A stretch of 24,914 nucleotides of DNA, from IMG/VR virus record IMGVR_UViG_3300025571_000022, positions 1 through 24,914 of that record. One strand, given 5' to 3'. A program made the translations under genes and the position numbers. Source of the stretch: a virus. Taxonomy: Duplodnaviria > Caudoviricetes. Position 1 is the first letter of the stretch. The number at the start of each line of letters is the position of its first letter. The notes below the pieces were generated by a model, which had not been told where the DNA came from, ran no database searches, and worked only from the letters and a program-made list of their open reading frames with translations. Below are positions 24,677 through 24,914 of this stretch, piece by piece.

Positions 24677-24871
24677 TCAAAAAAGAAGTTCATTATTGAG
24701 TTGGATGGGGCGCCCGCGCTGATGTTTATCCAAGAGAAGGGGAACCGGCCCCCGAAGATATACCAAGATGGCAAAGAAGTTAAAGGCGTTCGCGCTATTA
24801 GGATTGATGCTGGAGTGGAATCCCTCACGACCCACATGATCGAATATGCGACCGGGCATACCGAAGGATAG
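24677..24871 (+). CDS. Small hypothetical protein, start uncertain
   Basis: Open frame KKFIIELDGAPALMFIQEKG...IEYATGHTEG*; the RBS-preceded ATG 24673 is out of frame by one A. Confidence 0.45.
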   Translation, partial: SKKKFIIELDGAPALMFIQEKGNRPPKIYQDGKEVKGVRAIRIDAGVESLTTHMIEYATGHTEG

Positions 24872-24914
24872 GGGTAGGGGTGGGTCAAATCCCTGGCAGG
24901 CTCGCGCCGGAGAC
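24871..24914 (+). other. Probable cos-proximal packaging region
   Basis: G-runs then GGGTCAAATCCCTG...GGAGAC after the HNH gene, where cos usually lies in HNH/terminase siphoviruses; inference. Confidence 0.45.

Larger units (their letters stand above)
1..24914. mobile_element. Temperate Firmicutes phage genome segment, excised/virion configuration
   Basis: Continuous tail-lysis-attP-int-cI/cro-replication-late order; no host housekeeping genes. Confidence 0.92.

Overview
This window is the right arm of a temperate siphovirus-type phage of a GC-rich Firmicute (probably Paenibacillaceae; host is inferred). Gene order: tail-region morons, tail fibre, XkdW/XkdX-like genes, holin, GH73 endolysin, a leftward accessory operon, a candidate intact attP, large serine integrase, CI/Cro switch, small early genes, a PolA replication module (DUF2800 nuclease, DUF2815 SSB, HNH, PolA, C5 methyltransferase, VapE primase-helicase, origin, VRR-NUC, HNH, SNF2 helicase), an ArpU/RinA-like late activator, a terminase-associated HNH and a probable cos-proximal end. 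The intact attP suggests the excised or virion form. Three things stand out. (1) A pseudoknotted hammerhead ribozyme and a twister-sister-like ribozyme flank one small gene in the accessory operon, and each 3' product begins with a GAAG-tetraloop hairpin. (2) The SNF2 helicase Walker A motif is broken by a 5-nt TTAGG duplication that creates a stop codon, directly downstream of a free-standing HNH endonuclease; this is a candidate minimal ribosomal-bypass/homing cassette. (3) The methyltransferase appears to be two polypeptides, the second encoded in an overlapping frame with motif IX and four WPT(P/V) modules. All calls are by eye; no database searches or folding programs were run.
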